Shown here one piece after another: positions 1 through 10,361 of a DNA stretch of 64,000 bases; positions within the stretch are counted from its first letter, which is position 1, and each line of letters starts with the position of its first letter. The translations under genes were made by a program, and so were the position numbers. Source of the DNA: a virus; IMG/VR virus record IMGVR_UViG_3300020156_000025, positions 25,985 to 89,984 of that record; one strand, given 5' to 3'. The notes under the pieces were generated by a model. The model was given only the letters and a program-made list of their open reading frames with translations. It had not been told where the DNA came from and made no database searches.

Positions 1-2
1 CC

Positions 3-2471
3 GCGGGTATGAGTGCCAAGGAGTCCACGACCGCCCTTGCCGACGTGGTGGATCTGAGCATTGCAGGGGAAATGGACATGGCGCGGGCGTCCGAGATCGT
101 GGTCGCCTCGCTTACCGCGTTCAAGCTGGAGGCGGAAAGCACGGCACGGGTCACGGACGTGCTCGCGCGAGCCGCCAACGCGTCGCCAGCATCCGTCAAC
201 GATCTCGGGGAGTCGCTGAAATTCGTGGCCCCCATCGCGCAGGCGCTCAAGGCCCCGATCGAAGACATCGGAGCCGCCCTTGCGATCCTCGCCAACAGTG
301 GGATCAAGGGAGGGAACGCGGGCCGCGGTCTGTCTTCCGTGATGGCGAAGCTGGTCGCACCGACCGCGGAGGCTAAGTCGATGCTGGACTCGCTGGGAAT
401 CTCTCTGGAGTCGATCAACCCGTCCATCGTCGGAATGGAGCGGGCGATGGCACAGCTTTCCAAAATGAACCAGCAGACGCTGGTGCGGATGTTCGGGGTA
501 GAAAACCTCGACATTGCCAACGTGCTCGCATCGAACGCGGACCGGATGGGCGAGTTCAGGCAGGCCATGTCGGACAGCACCATCACGGCGAGGGGGATGG
601 CGAAAGCCATGTCGGACACGCTGAAAGGGGACATGCAGGAGGCGAGCAGCGCGATCGAAGCGGTCCGCAAGGCAATCGGGAATCTGTTCAAGGGGGATCT
701 GCGTTCCCGGGTGCAGGGGTTCACGGAGTGGTTGCGGGAAAACCAGCAGGCCATCGTCGGGGTGGCGGACACGATGCGCGACCTTGCCCCTGTCGTGGTC
801 ACGGTGCTGGGGCACTACGTCGCGTTCAAGGGTTTGGCGATGGGGCTGACGCTCGGGAGGCAGGCCGTGGCGTGGGCTCTGGAAACCGCCGCGGTGGTGC
901 GGAACACGGCGTCGATCATGGCGAACGCCAATGCCCGCCGATACATGATGCAGGTCGGAATGTTCAACGCGGGTATTCCGATGGGGGTGGCCACGGCGCT
1001 CACGTCGAACGTGAGTTCGTTGTTCGCCGCCGCGTTCGGGGGAGGAGCCACCATTGCCGCGGTCAAGGCGGGATTGACGTTGGTGGGCAGTTCGGCCATC
1101 GCCGCCATCATCGGGTGGGGGCTGGGGAGTTACATCGAGTCTCAATTCAAGATCGGGGACCGGGTAGCCGCCGCGGTGTTCAAAACCTTCGATTCGCTGA
1201 ATGCCGCCGCGGACGATTCGATCAAGACGGTGCAAGGGATGATCGATGCGGCCAAGACGGAGGAACAGCTCGGTGAGGCCCGGGTGCGCGGGGAAAGGGA
1301 GCTTGCCAAATGGAAGGAGATTTCCAACCGGGCGGAGGACGAGTCGAAGACGCTGGCGGAGACCGTCGTGCAAACTTTGCAAAGACGGATGGAGCTGGCC
1401 GACCGGACGTTTGCGCGCAATCAGGCGAACCTCGCGCAGCAGCGGGAAGGTGCCGCCCTTGCCGAGGAGGAACTCAAGAGCAAGCAGGTCGCGCTCTACC
1501 ACGAGGAGAAGGCGATCGCGTTGCGCAAGTCTCAGCTCGACATGGAGAAGAGCACCCGGAGGAACGCCGTGGGCGTCAACCGGAATCTTCTGGAGCGGTC
1601 CGACGCCGGAACGAAGGAGGCGGCATACGATGCCGAGGAGCGTAGGATCACGTCGCTGGCCAATCACTACCGGACCCGATTCAACGCGGTGGCCGCGGCG
1701 GCGGGAGTGACAGTCATCAACGGGGACCGTGAGATCCGGACCGTGGACGGGGTGATCGCTTACTTCCGTGCCGCGATGCGCGCCGCGGGTGAGACGGGGA
1801 GCGCGGCGGTCCGCGGGGACGCCAGCCTGCATATCCTGACCAGATTCGCGCAGAGTGCGGACGCGATCATCCAAGCCCGGACGAAGCTGAACGAGACCGT
1901 CGCGAAGGACGAGAAGGCGGAGGAGAACGCGCTGCTCAAGAAGCGGGACCTGATGCTGGAGATCCAGATCGCGGAAGCGAAGGCAGCGGGGAACAACACC
2001 GGGGCGGAGAGGCTTGAGAGGGAGCTTCGCGTCTTGCAAGAGAAGCGCCGGATCATGGACGAGTTGAAGGTGTCGGAACGCGAAGCGACCGCCCTTGCGA
2101 CACGGAAGGTGGATGCGGAGATAGCGGCCAACCGACCGCCATCGGAGAGACCGGTGGACGTGGTGGCATCGTCGCTCCAGCAGGTAGGAGGCGGCGGGGG
2201 CTTCTTCATCGCGGGAACACAGAGCATCGGGGAGCGGCAGGTCCGGCTTGCGGAACAAGCCAACGCGCACCTTGCTGGAATCGCGGCCCGGTTGGGGGTG
2301 GGACTCTCTCCGGGAATCCTTCCGGGCGGGCCGCAGGTGACTGGATTGAACGGGCTCGGACGCACGCGGGAAACCGAATTGCTTGGACGGATCGCGGAGT
2401 TGCTGAACAGCATCGACGAACGCGGTAGGCGCAATCCCGGGAGCACGGCGCTCACGGTGGAAACACTCTAA
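3..2471 (+). CDS. Phage tail tape measure protein (5'-truncated by window)
   Basis: TP901-type tape-measure core (DLGESLKFVAPIA...ILANSGIKGGNAGRGL), long Ala-rich helical sequence, frame open to window start. Confidence 0.9.
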   Translation, partial: AGMSAKESTTALADVVDLSIAGEMDMARASEIVVASLTAFKLEAESTARVTDVLARAANASPASVNDLGESLKFVAPIAQALKAPIEDIGAALAILANSGIKGGNAGRGLSSVMAKLVAPTAEAKSMLDSLGISLESINPSIVGMERAMAQLSKMNQQTLVRMFGVENLDIANVLASNADRMGEFRQAMSDSTITARGMAKAMSDTLKGDMQEASSAIEAVRKAIGNLFKGDLRSRVQGFTEWLRENQQAIVGVADTMRDLAPVVVTVLGHYVAFKGLAMGLTLGRQAVAWALETAAVVRNTASIMANANARRYMMQVGMFNAGIPMGVATALTSNVSSLFAAAFGGGATIAAVKAGLTLVGSSAIAAIIGWGLGSYIESQFKIGDRVAAAVFKTFDSLNAAADDSIKTVQGMIDAAKTEEQLGEARVRGERELAKWKEISNRAEDESKTLAETVVQTLQRRMELADRTFARNQANLAQQREGAALAEEELKSKQVALYHEEKAIALRKSQLDMEKSTRRNAVGVNRNLLERSDAGTKEAAYDAEERRITSLANHYRTRFNAVAAAAGVTVINGDREIRTVDGVIAYFRAAMRAAGETGSAAVRGDASLHILTRFAQSADAIIQARTKLNETVAKDEKAEENALLKKRDLMLEIQIAEAKAAGNNTGAERLERELRVLQEKRRIMDELKVSEREATALATRKVDAEIAANRPPSERPVDVVASSLQQVGGGGGFFIAGTQSIGERQVRLAEQANAHLAGIAARLGVGLSPGILPGGPQVTGLNGLGRTRETELLGRIAELLNSIDERGRRNPGSTALTVETL

Positions 2472-2482
2472 CCTAGACACTC

Positions 2483-3250
2483 ATGCCCATAGACTATGAT
2501 ACGACGCTCCCGGGGGTGGTATGGCGGAATGGCCAGAAGCTCGCGACCTTGCTTGAGACCACGGGGGGTGAGGTGGTGTTCGACGACGTTGGGGTCGCTT
2601 CGGGCACGCTGGTCTATCAATGCATGTATGCGAACTCGGTCGCCCTTGTGGCTAGCTTCACCCGGCATCCCAGCTTCGCGTTCCTGAAACGGAAGAATGC
2701 CCGGATCGTGCGCGAGGAGGCCGGGATGGCGAGGGTGACGATCAATTTCGAGGGTATTCCGACGGGGGAAGAAAACGAGAACCGCAAGACCTATACGCTC
2801 CACGGGGGGACGGGAACGGAGCCGATCGAATCGCACACCCAGTTCGGGACTTTTGCAGGGAAGTGGAACGATCCCGCGACGTGGGTAAACGGTGCCCGGT
2901 TCGCCACGCAAGGGGAGGACAGGGGCAAGTTCTTGGGCTTCGTGGCCGCGCAGGGGGACGATGACCCGAATCCGAAAGCGGGGGTGCAGTCCTACTATGC
3001 GCCCACGCTGGTGTATTCGGAGGTGGAGCTGCGGTCCAAGGCGAACTCGTCGAGCATCGCGGTGAACATGAACAACCTAGGCAAGATCGACACGCCCCCC
3101 AATTCCGACGTGCTGCCGCAGGTGTCGTCGGGGAGGGACTGGCTGCTGACGGATTGCACGGTGGAGGAGGTGGGGGACGGGGTTCGGATCACCCGCCGCT
3201 GGAGATTGTCGGGACGGAACGGGTGGGACCCGGACATTTACGGAGATTGA
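2483..3250 (+). CDS. Putative tail/baseplate protein
   Basis: Directly after tape measure; beta-rich composition; no recognised motif. Confidence 0.55.
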   Translation: MPIDYDTTLPGVVWRNGQKLATLLETTGGEVVFDDVGVASGTLVYQCMYANSVALVASFTRHPSFAFLKRKNARIVREEAGMARVTINFEGIPTGEENENRKTYTLHGGTGTEPIESHTQFGTFAGKWNDPATWVNGARFATQGEDRGKFLGFVAAQGDDDPNPKAGVQSYYAPTLVYSEVELRSKANSSSIAVNMNNLGKIDTPPNSDVLPQVSSGRDWLLTDCTVEEVGDGVRITRRWRLSGRNGWDPDIYGD

Positions 3251-3253
3251 CCT

Positions 3254-4921
3254 ATGGCCGCATCTGCAAACGTGACGCTCGGGGGGAGGACCCGGTTGAA
3301 GGGATTCAAGGTGCCGGGACAACCCGCCCTTGAAGCCGCGTTGAACCGCTTGGCTACCGAGATCAATTCGATCCCGGACGTTCAGTTCGAGGGAGGACAG
3401 GGACTGGACGTGACGGAGCACAACGGTAAGATCGTTGTAGCATTGCGCAACGGTGCGCGGGGATGGCGTCCCCGTTACGAGCCGACGTTCGTGGACGGGA
3501 AGCTGCGCATCGGGCTAGGGACGGTGGGGTTGCACGCGGACGGGAACGGGGCGGGCGGGGTGGTCGAGCCGTATTTCCCTAGGTTCGAGGGGAAGGTGCT
3601 GAACCATGCGATCCCGCCCGAGCTGCCGGTGGAGCAGATAGACGACGGGGACAACAAGATCATCCTGCGCTGCTGTCTCTACGATTCTCGGATCGAGGTG
3701 GTGTCCGCGGAGGAGGACATGGACAAGGACGTGGGGGAGTGGATTATCACGCTCGCGACCTTTACCAAGGAGGGTGCGAAGATCTCGGACCTCCGGCACC
3801 TGTTCACTTCGGACGTGCTGATTCTGGACGCGTCGGAGTCGTGCGACATCGAAGGCTCGGACGATCCGGACCCGAGCGACGATTCCGACGGCGACGATAG
3901 CGACGATAGCGACGAGCCGCCGCCGTCCGATTCGGACGAGAGCGATGATTCCGACGATAGCTCGGGGAGCGGGGACGGGTGCTGCCCGGAAATCGCGCTC
4001 GACGCTACGGTGGTGAGTCCGGCGTCGCCGTTCTGTTTCTCCAGCGGGGATTCGCCGTATCCCTACTGGGTGGCGGGGTCGGTGAGTATTTCCAAGGCGT
4101 CCACCTGCGACGGATGCGAGGAAAAGCCCGTGTCGGTGCACGTGCAGGTGGGGGACGCGAGCACCAGTGCCAACCTGTTCCCGGGCGGTCCGCCCTTCAC
4201 GTTCCTGCTTCATCCGTCGTTCGGTTCGCCGTGCGCCACGGTCCCGGTGACGGCCACCATCGCTTCCCTTACCAGTGTGGCGGGGACCTGCCCGTGCTTC
4301 GCCACTAAGTCGGTGGACATCACCCTGCCCGGTCTGGAGCCGGACTGCGAATGCTCGGACGACTCCAGCGGAAGCTCCGACGATAGCGACGGAGGGGAGC
4401 TTCTGATGATGGCCCCGCCCGGGGAGATGATGCTGATGACGGAGGGTAGCGACGACTCCGCGCTCGATGACAAGGAGGCGGTGGTCGAGTCGTCCTTGTT
4501 CCCGACGGGGTATGCGGCGATGCGTTGCGTGGAGTCGCCGGAGACGTGGTTCACCGACACGTTCCGGGTGGAAATCACGGGGCGCGTCACGTTGCACCGG
4601 ATCGATGCAATGTTCGCCGACGTGTGCGATCCCGGGACGATCCGCGTTGTTTCCGCCGTGCCCGACTTGCCGCGACCTGTGGGATGTGTTGCACGCGAAT
4701 TCCCGCCGATGCACTGGAGTGTCTTGCTGAACCGCATGGTGCCGTCCTCGGAGGAGGGGGCGCATGTCGTGGTGCGCTGCGGATGGTTCTTGCGCCCGCG
4801 CAGCGTCATGGTCACGGTGGCCGGAATCCGCAAGGGCCGTTCGGGGCAGCGATTCGTGCCGAGGTCCAAGGAGGAATTCGACCGGAGCCAGGCGTTCTGG
4901 TCACAGCTCAAGGACCGATGA
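3254..4921 (+). CDS. Putative tail/virion protein with Ser/Asp-rich tracts, Cys-rich domain and tail-fibre-like C-terminal domain
   Basis: SDD/SD tracts at ~3850-3975 and ~4355-4390; many Cys; C-terminal CVESPETWFTD...IDAMF resembles domains at the ends of phage fibre proteins. Confidence 0.55.
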   Translation: MAASANVTLGGRTRLKGFKVPGQPALEAALNRLATEINSIPDVQFEGGQGLDVTEHNGKIVVALRNGARGWRPRYEPTFVDGKLRIGLGTVGLHADGNGAGGVVEPYFPRFEGKVLNHAIPPELPVEQIDDGDNKIILRCCLYDSRIEVVSAEEDMDKDVGEWIITLATFTKEGAKISDLRHLFTSDVLILDASESCDIEGSDDPDPSDDSDGDDSDDSDEPPPSDSDESDDSDDSSGSGDGCCPEIALDATVVSPASPFCFSSGDSPYPYWVAGSVSISKASTCDGCEEKPVSVHVQVGDASTSANLFPGGPPFTFLLHPSFGSPCATVPVTATIASLTSVAGTCPCFATKSVDITLPGLEPDCECSDDSSGSSDDSDGGELLMMAPPGEMMLMTEGSDDSALDDKEAVVESSLFPTGYAAMRCVESPETWFTDTFRVEITGRVTLHRIDAMFADVCDPGTIRVVSAVPDLPRPVGCVAREFPPMHWSVLLNRMVPSSEEGAHVVVRCGWFLRPRSVMVTVAGIRKGRSGQRFVPRSKEEFDRSQAFWSQLKDR

Positions 4922-6648
4922 TCTTCGATGAATATTTCGACAAGGTGGTGCTGATCGCGATGGACCCTGCGGGGGAACGCGCGGCAAGGGCCGCGGGGGA
5001 GATGGTGCGGCTGGGTCTGTCGGACAAGACGGAGATCGTGCGCGGGATGCCCGGTAACGAGATGGGCAAGCCGGGATGGTGGCCGAACGGACGGGGTGCG
5101 TGGGGGTGCTACCTGTCGCACTTGGCGCTGCTGATGCGGATGAAGCAAGAGGGCTGGGAGACGTTGCTGCTGCTGGAGGAAGACGTGGTGTTCCAAGAGG
5201 ACACGGCAACGCTGCTGCCCGAGGTGATGGCGTCGCTGCCCTCGGACTGGACGCAGTTGTATCTCGGGGGCCAGCACAGGGTGCCGCCGCACCGGCTGCC
5301 CGGAACGCCCGCCCTTGTGAGGGGGAGTAGCATCCACCGCACTCATGCATACGCGGTGCACCGGAAGGGGTTGAACCATTTGATCGCGCACCTGATGGAA
5401 CTGCCCGCGTTCCAACAGGCGAAGAAAGGCGGGACGAAGCTGCACATAGACCACCATTACGAGATGGCTCACCGGGCCAACCGGTGGAAGGTCTATGCGC
5501 CGTCGTTCTGGCTGGCCGGGCAGGGTGCGGGGTGGTCGGAGATACGGGCCAAGCAAGTGACCGCCGCGTGGTGGCACCGGAAGGAGACGCACCGCGAATA
5601 CCGCGGCTTGCCGGTGCTGCTGGGGGAGGCTGCCGCGGCCAACTACGGGAACGACGAAACGGAGAAGACCTTGCAGGCGATGGCGGAGGAGGACCCGAGG
5701 GAATTCGAGCGCATCCTTGTGGTTCTCGCGCAACAGGCGTTCCTGCATCAAACCTTGCCCGCGATCCGAAAGGTTCGACCGTGGCAACGGGCATGGCTAG
5801 AGGCCAATTGGCCCGCCGGGGTGGCGCAGCCCGATGATTTCGACCGACTGAGGGATTACCCGAGGGCCAAGCTGTTCGAGCATTCTTGGCTGAATCCCGT
5901 GCGCCGGAAAACCAGAATCGCAACCGAGAACGATAACATGACACCTGATATTTCGACAGCCGGAGGGGGCAGCCCGTTGTTCGTGTTCAGCTCGCCGCGC
6001 AGCGGAAGCACGCTGCTGGTATCCATACTGGACGGGCACGGGGACATCACGATGAACGGGGAACGCCGGGATTTCCTGTGGAGTCTCCGCAATCTGTGGG
6101 ACCACCGGGGGGCTTTGCAGAAAAACTCCCCGCGGGCGTTCCTTCCGATCGACGAGCAGGTGCAACAGGGGAACTTCCCTTCGCACGTGAACCATTCGAC
6201 GGAAGAGTCGTGGGCGGAGGGGGTGCGGGCGCTGTTGCGCGGGTGGGTCAATCCGGGGGAAGGGGACCGTTGGTGGGGGATGAAGGACGTGCATGTCGCC
6301 AAGCTAGGGATGGGTATGGGGGTCGAGATGTGGAGCTGGCTCCAGACCGTGATGCCCGATGCCCGGATCGTGTTTCTGACGCGCGACACGGGAGCGGTGG
6401 AGAGGAGCATGGAGCGGACGCTGGCGTGGTGGGTGCCTAGTTACGGGAACTGCATCGGGAACTGTATGCGCAAGGTGAAGGTGCAGCAGAACGCCTTCCG
6501 GGAATATCACGCGCTCAACCCGTCCACCACGGCACTTGTGGATTACGAGGACCTGACGGATTTCGCCCGCTTGCAGGCGAGCCTAGGGACCATCGGGGTC
6601 AAGCTCGATCCGGAGGTGCACGCGGAAAGAATCGCGGTAAGATTGTGA
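4918..6648 (+). CDS. GT25-like glycosyltransferase fused to a C-terminal sulfotransferase domain
   Basis: GT25 motifs FDKVVLI, GAWGCYLSH, LLLEEDV, THAYAV; sulfotransferase 5'-PSB loop FSSPRSGSTLL and IVFLTRD; ATGA overlap with upstream gene. Confidence 0.8.
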   Translation: MIFDEYFDKVVLIAMDPAGERAARAAGEMVRLGLSDKTEIVRGMPGNEMGKPGWWPNGRGAWGCYLSHLALLMRMKQEGWETLLLLEEDVVFQEDTATLLPEVMASLPSDWTQLYLGGQHRVPPHRLPGTPALVRGSSIHRTHAYAVHRKGLNHLIAHLMELPAFQQAKKGGTKLHIDHHYEMAHRANRWKVYAPSFWLAGQGAGWSEIRAKQVTAAWWHRKETHREYRGLPVLLGEAAAANYGNDETEKTLQAMAEEDPREFERILVVLAQQAFLHQTLPAIRKVRPWQRAWLEANWPAGVAQPDDFDRLRDYPRAKLFEHSWLNPVRRKTRIATENDNMTPDISTAGGGSPLFVFSSPRSGSTLLVSILDGHGDITMNGERRDFLWSLRNLWDHRGALQKNSPRAFLPIDEQVQQGNFPSHVNHSTEESWAEGVRALLRGWVNPGEGDRWWGMKDVHVAKLGMGMGVEMWSWLQTVMPDARIVFLTRDTGAVERSMERTLAWWVPSYGNCIGNCMRKVKVQQNAFREYHALNPSTTALVDYEDLTDFARLQASLGTIGVKLDPEVHAERIAVRL

Positions 6649-7208
6649 TGCAGGTGTTCCGGATCAGTGACGCGCCCCGCGAGGGGGAAACCCCGATAAA
6701 ACCCGTGTGGGGGTTGGGGAAGGTGCGGGGGAATTGCTCGGCGCAGGCGTCGGCGATGGCCGCGGTGCTGCGGACGGACGTGTATCCGGCGGTGGTGCTG
6801 GAGCACGACGCGGAGCGTCTGCGGGAGGGGTGGCCGGATTTTGCACAATGTGCAAACGCGGGCATGGACTGGTTGTGGTTGGGGGGTTCAACCATCTGGT
6901 GCGATGAGCGGGGGGAGGAAGTCCGGGACAGGCCGATGCCGTGGATGCCGTCTCCGGTGGCGGGGGTGGCGAAGGTGGACGGGCTCTACACGACGCACGC
7001 GGTGGCGATCCTGACGCCGGACGGGGCGATGCGGGCGCTGTGCGCCGCACTGCAAGGAATCCGCAAGGGGTGGCCGGTGGACGTGGCGATCATCATGGAG
7101 TGCAGGCATATGGGCTGGGAACGCTGGTGCGTGACCGAGCCGTGGTTCTGCCAGCGGGGGGTGAACCGCAGGTGGACGGACAAACCGCTGCCGCCGCCCT
7201 TGCCATGA
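6645..7208 (+). CDS. Divergent GT25-like glycosyltransferase
   Basis: VVLEHDA, WLWLGG, YTTHAVAI, WPVD match GT25 motif order. Confidence 0.55.
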   Translation: MMQVFRISDAPREGETPIKPVWGLGKVRGNCSAQASAMAAVLRTDVYPAVVLEHDAERLREGWPDFAQCANAGMDWLWLGGSTIWCDERGEEVRDRPMPWMPSPVAGVAKVDGLYTTHAVAILTPDGAMRALCAALQGIRKGWPVDVAIIMECRHMGWERWCVTEPWFCQRGVNRRWTDKPLPPPLP

Positions 7209-7945
7209 GGACTCTGGTGCTGTCCTGCGACACGCTGGGAATGGAGGTGATTCCGACCGTGATCCGCTCGGTCGAACGGCACACGGAGGGGGCGCTGCGG
7301 GTGGTGGTGTATTCACGGGGAATGCATGCGGAGGGGTTCAGGAGGGGTAGGCTGGAGGTGGAGTTCCGCAGACCGAGGGAAGAATTCGGGCAAGCCAAGG
7401 GGCGGATCGCCGCGGAAATGTTCGACCGCTTGTGGTGCATTGCGGATTTGCAGGACACGGAACGGGTGATGATTCTGGACTGGGACCAACTGGCGGTCGG
7501 ATGTCTGGAGGAGCTGTGGGACGTGGAGATGACGGGGCAATTCGGGGCGTTCGTGCGCTCGCCCTTCGGCAAGACGTTCAAGTCGTCCCGGTGGATAGGG
7601 GAAGGTTACTGGGCGCAGGACATGCCGGGGGTGGAGCAACCGTTTTTCCGTTTCGGGGGGATGTTGAATCTGGAGGAGTGCCGGAAGGCGGGGATTTTGC
7701 AAACCGTGCAAGGGTTGGCGGGGAATGGATCGACCGAGCAGGCGTTGCTGGCCCACGCAATGGGAGGGAACTACGCGGGGTTGGACCGGAAATGGAACAA
7801 TCTTGTCAAATACGAGGGCTTGGTTCCGGATGCCCGCATCCTGCATTGGCACGGGGGGAAGAAGCCTTGGAGCCACGACGGGCTGGACCATGCGGAGTTG
7901 TGGCACGCGGCCCGGTGCTCGTGGAGGGAAATCCGGTTGACTTGA
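7205..7945 (+). CDS. GT8-like glycosyltransferase
   Basis: RVMILDWDQL (DxD), GMLNL, EQALL, LDRKWN, ILHWHGGKKPW are GT8 signatures; ATGA overlap. Confidence 0.8.
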   Translation: MRTLVLSCDTLGMEVIPTVIRSVERHTEGALRVVVYSRGMHAEGFRRGRLEVEFRRPREEFGQAKGRIAAEMFDRLWCIADLQDTERVMILDWDQLAVGCLEELWDVEMTGQFGAFVRSPFGKTFKSSRWIGEGYWAQDMPGVEQPFFRFGGMLNLEECRKAGILQTVQGLAGNGSTEQALLAHAMGGNYAGLDRKWNNLVKYEGLVPDARILHWHGGKKPWSHDGLDHAELWHAARCSWREIRLT

Positions 7946-7972
7946 AGTGTCGGGGTGGGGCATGGTCCGGGC

Positions 7973-10324
7973 ATGGAGCTGGTCCTCAACCTTAACACCG
8001 TCACCTTCGTTCAAAAGGTCGATGTGAGTCTGGAAGTCACGGGGTTTTCTTGCAAGGTGAGGGATACCTTGCAGCTCGACGTGAAATTCTCGAACGGTCT
8101 GGCGCTGGTCGCCCCGGGGGAGGAAGTATCGCTGGTGTTCGGTATCAAGGAGACGCTGGCCGACACGGAATTCCTGGCCTATATCGCGACGTGGACGGAG
8201 GTGGAGGCCGGACATTACCGGGGTCAGTTGTCGCTCAACACGGCGAATCTGGTGGGGGCCATCGGGAGTGCCGAATCGCTGGCCGCGCTCGGGGAGTTGA
8301 CGTGGAGCACGGACGGAGGGGAGCAATGGCAGTCCAGTCCGACGCTGAACGTGACGATCCGGGGGGACGTGGTGACGGGGCTGGAATCCGCGCCCTTGAA
8401 CATGCCCACGGCGAACGGGGTGCCGTCGCCCATCGACATTTCGGGGGAGCCGTTGAACGAGACGCTGGCAATGGCGTCGATCAACTCCACGCTGGTCGAT
8501 GCGGTGGACGGGGAGACCCTGACTTTGAACGGGGTGGTGTTCACGTTCCGGGATTACCCCGCGAGCGAGCCGCTCGACGTGCTGATCGCCATAGGGGACC
8601 CGGGTGCCACGCGGGCCAACCTTGCCGCGAAGCTGGTCACGTATGAGGCCAACACGCGCGTGATCGCGACGAACGGGTCCGGGATCTCGCTCACGTCCCG
8701 GGACCGCGGGGTGGACGGGAATGCCATGACTCTTTCGACGGACTCCGCGGGGTTTGAGGTCACGCCTTTCGCGGGCGGGGTGGACGGGACGCCGGGAGGA
8801 CGGGGGCAGTTGGCGTATTCGGACAACGGACTGACCTACGAATGCTCGGACGATTTTCCTTACACGTGGGTGGGGCATGCGACCGGGAACTCGTCGCAAG
8901 GGGCGCAGGGGGAGGCCGATGCCGGGAAGCTGGCGGAATTCGCGGCGGACGGGGCACTGGCCGCATCGGAGAAGTTCACGGTCCGGGACAACACGCCGCC
9001 CGCCGGAACGTGGGATGTCCGGTTGCGGTCATCGTCCGGGGTGCAGCGTGTCGAGTTCCAGCAGAACGCTCATGAGCTTCTGGTCGCCGCCCCGACGTTG
9101 ACGGGAGACCTGACGCAGACGCACCAGAACCGGAGTGGAACGATTCCGGCGGCGCGCTCCTACGCGACCGAGGCAGCCGCCCTTGCGGCCAATTCCTCGG
9201 GCAATACCAAATTGCTCAAGAACGGGGAGATCTACGAGGACGTGGCGAGCGGGGTGGTGCGGGCCGTGCCCGGATACCCCACGGTGACGACATCCAGTCC
9301 GGCAAGCGGAGGGTCCGTCACCTTGACCGATCTGGTGGATTCGCTGTATATCGTCAATTCTTCAGGGGTGTTGGCCGCGCTCACGGTGAACTTTCCGGGG
9401 GTGTCGGCGTGCCGGAACGGGCAGACCATCAGCATCCGGTTCGACTGCAACGTGACCGCACTGACGTGGGCGGCGGGATTAGCCACGATCCTTAACGCGC
9501 CGGTGTCGGCGGGGGCGAACCAGACATACACCTTCGTCTGCTACGGTGTGTCGGGACTGGGCAGCCCCGTGTGGCAGTGCGTTTCGCGCACCTTCCCCCA
9601 GTCGGAGGCGATCGAATCCTTGTGGGACATGCACCGCGTGGTGCAGTTGCCGTATTTCACTTCCGTGGTATCGGGGACGGCCTCAAGCTCGGCGGCTTTG
9701 CAGGTCCTCGGAATCGGGGTGCACTGCGGAACGTCGAACGGGAGTTACGCCCGCGGGATCGTGGGTGCATCGACGAATTTCGATCCGCAGACCACGGGAG
9801 GAAACATGCGCGCGGGGCAGCGCATGCGCTTCTGCGCCGTGGGGGAGTTCGTCGCTCTGGCGGTGGCCAACGGCGGGGTGCTCCGCATGCTGGTCGGGGC
9901 CACGGTCGCCGCTCCGCCCCTTGCCGACGCGAACGCGCTTTCCGCCGCGGGCTTCGGGGTCGAGTGGGCCTACGACGGTGCGAACTCCCGCATGCAGGTC
10001 AGGTTGGTGAGCCACAACGGCACGACCTACCAGACTTCCGCGTGGGCTCCGTTCCGTGCGGAACACAACCGCAGATGCGCGATCATTCTGGACCACGTGG
10101 GGGACGGGACGCTGAACCTTTACGCGGCGGAAAACGGACCGACGGACCGCGGGTGTCCGAGGCCCAATCCGGTCGCGGTGGCGACGTTGTTCGGGGTGCC
10201 CACGGGGACACTCGGCGGGGGCTATGTCGCGTTCGACGCCGTATCCGCATCCGCCGCATCCGCACCGTCCTTCGGATCGTCGCTGAGGTTCAAGCTCAGG
10301 GAGGTCAGGCTGGTGCTGGATTGA
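7973..10324 (+). CDS. Tail fibre / receptor-binding protein
   Basis: Large Gly/Thr/Ser/Ala-rich beta-type protein at end of tail module, with an adaptor-like N-terminus. Confidence 0.65.
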   Translation: MELVLNLNTVTFVQKVDVSLEVTGFSCKVRDTLQLDVKFSNGLALVAPGEEVSLVFGIKETLADTEFLAYIATWTEVEAGHYRGQLSLNTANLVGAIGSAESLAALGELTWSTDGGEQWQSSPTLNVTIRGDVVTGLESAPLNMPTANGVPSPIDISGEPLNETLAMASINSTLVDAVDGETLTLNGVVFTFRDYPASEPLDVLIAIGDPGATRANLAAKLVTYEANTRVIATNGSGISLTSRDRGVDGNAMTLSTDSAGFEVTPFAGGVDGTPGGRGQLAYSDNGLTYECSDDFPYTWVGHATGNSSQGAQGEADAGKLAEFAADGALAASEKFTVRDNTPPAGTWDVRLRSSSGVQRVEFQQNAHELLVAAPTLTGDLTQTHQNRSGTIPAARSYATEAAALAANSSGNTKLLKNGEIYEDVASGVVRAVPGYPTVTTSSPASGGSVTLTDLVDSLYIVNSSGVLAALTVNFPGVSACRNGQTISIRFDCNVTALTWAAGLATILNAPVSAGANQTYTFVCYGVSGLGSPVWQCVSRTFPQSEAIESLWDMHRVVQLPYFTSVVSGTASSSAALQVLGIGVHCGTSNGSYARGIVGASTNFDPQTTGGNMRAGQRMRFCAVGEFVALAVANGGVLRMLVGATVAAPPLADANALSAAGFGVEWAYDGANSRMQVRLVSHNGTTYQTSAWAPFRAEHNRRCAIILDHVGDGTLNLYAAENGPTDRGCPRPNPVAVATLFGVPTGTLGGGYVAFDAVSASAASAPSFGSSLRFKLREVRLVLD

Positions 10325-10361
10325 GGATTGACTCGGGCGGGCTGACAGGGGATGAAGGGGC

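Noticed and set aside
6620-10324. C-termini IAVRL, REIRLT and REVRLVLD of late genes as members of the RLD tag
   Set aside because: Lack the basic run and/or terminal pattern; may be chance, so not counted
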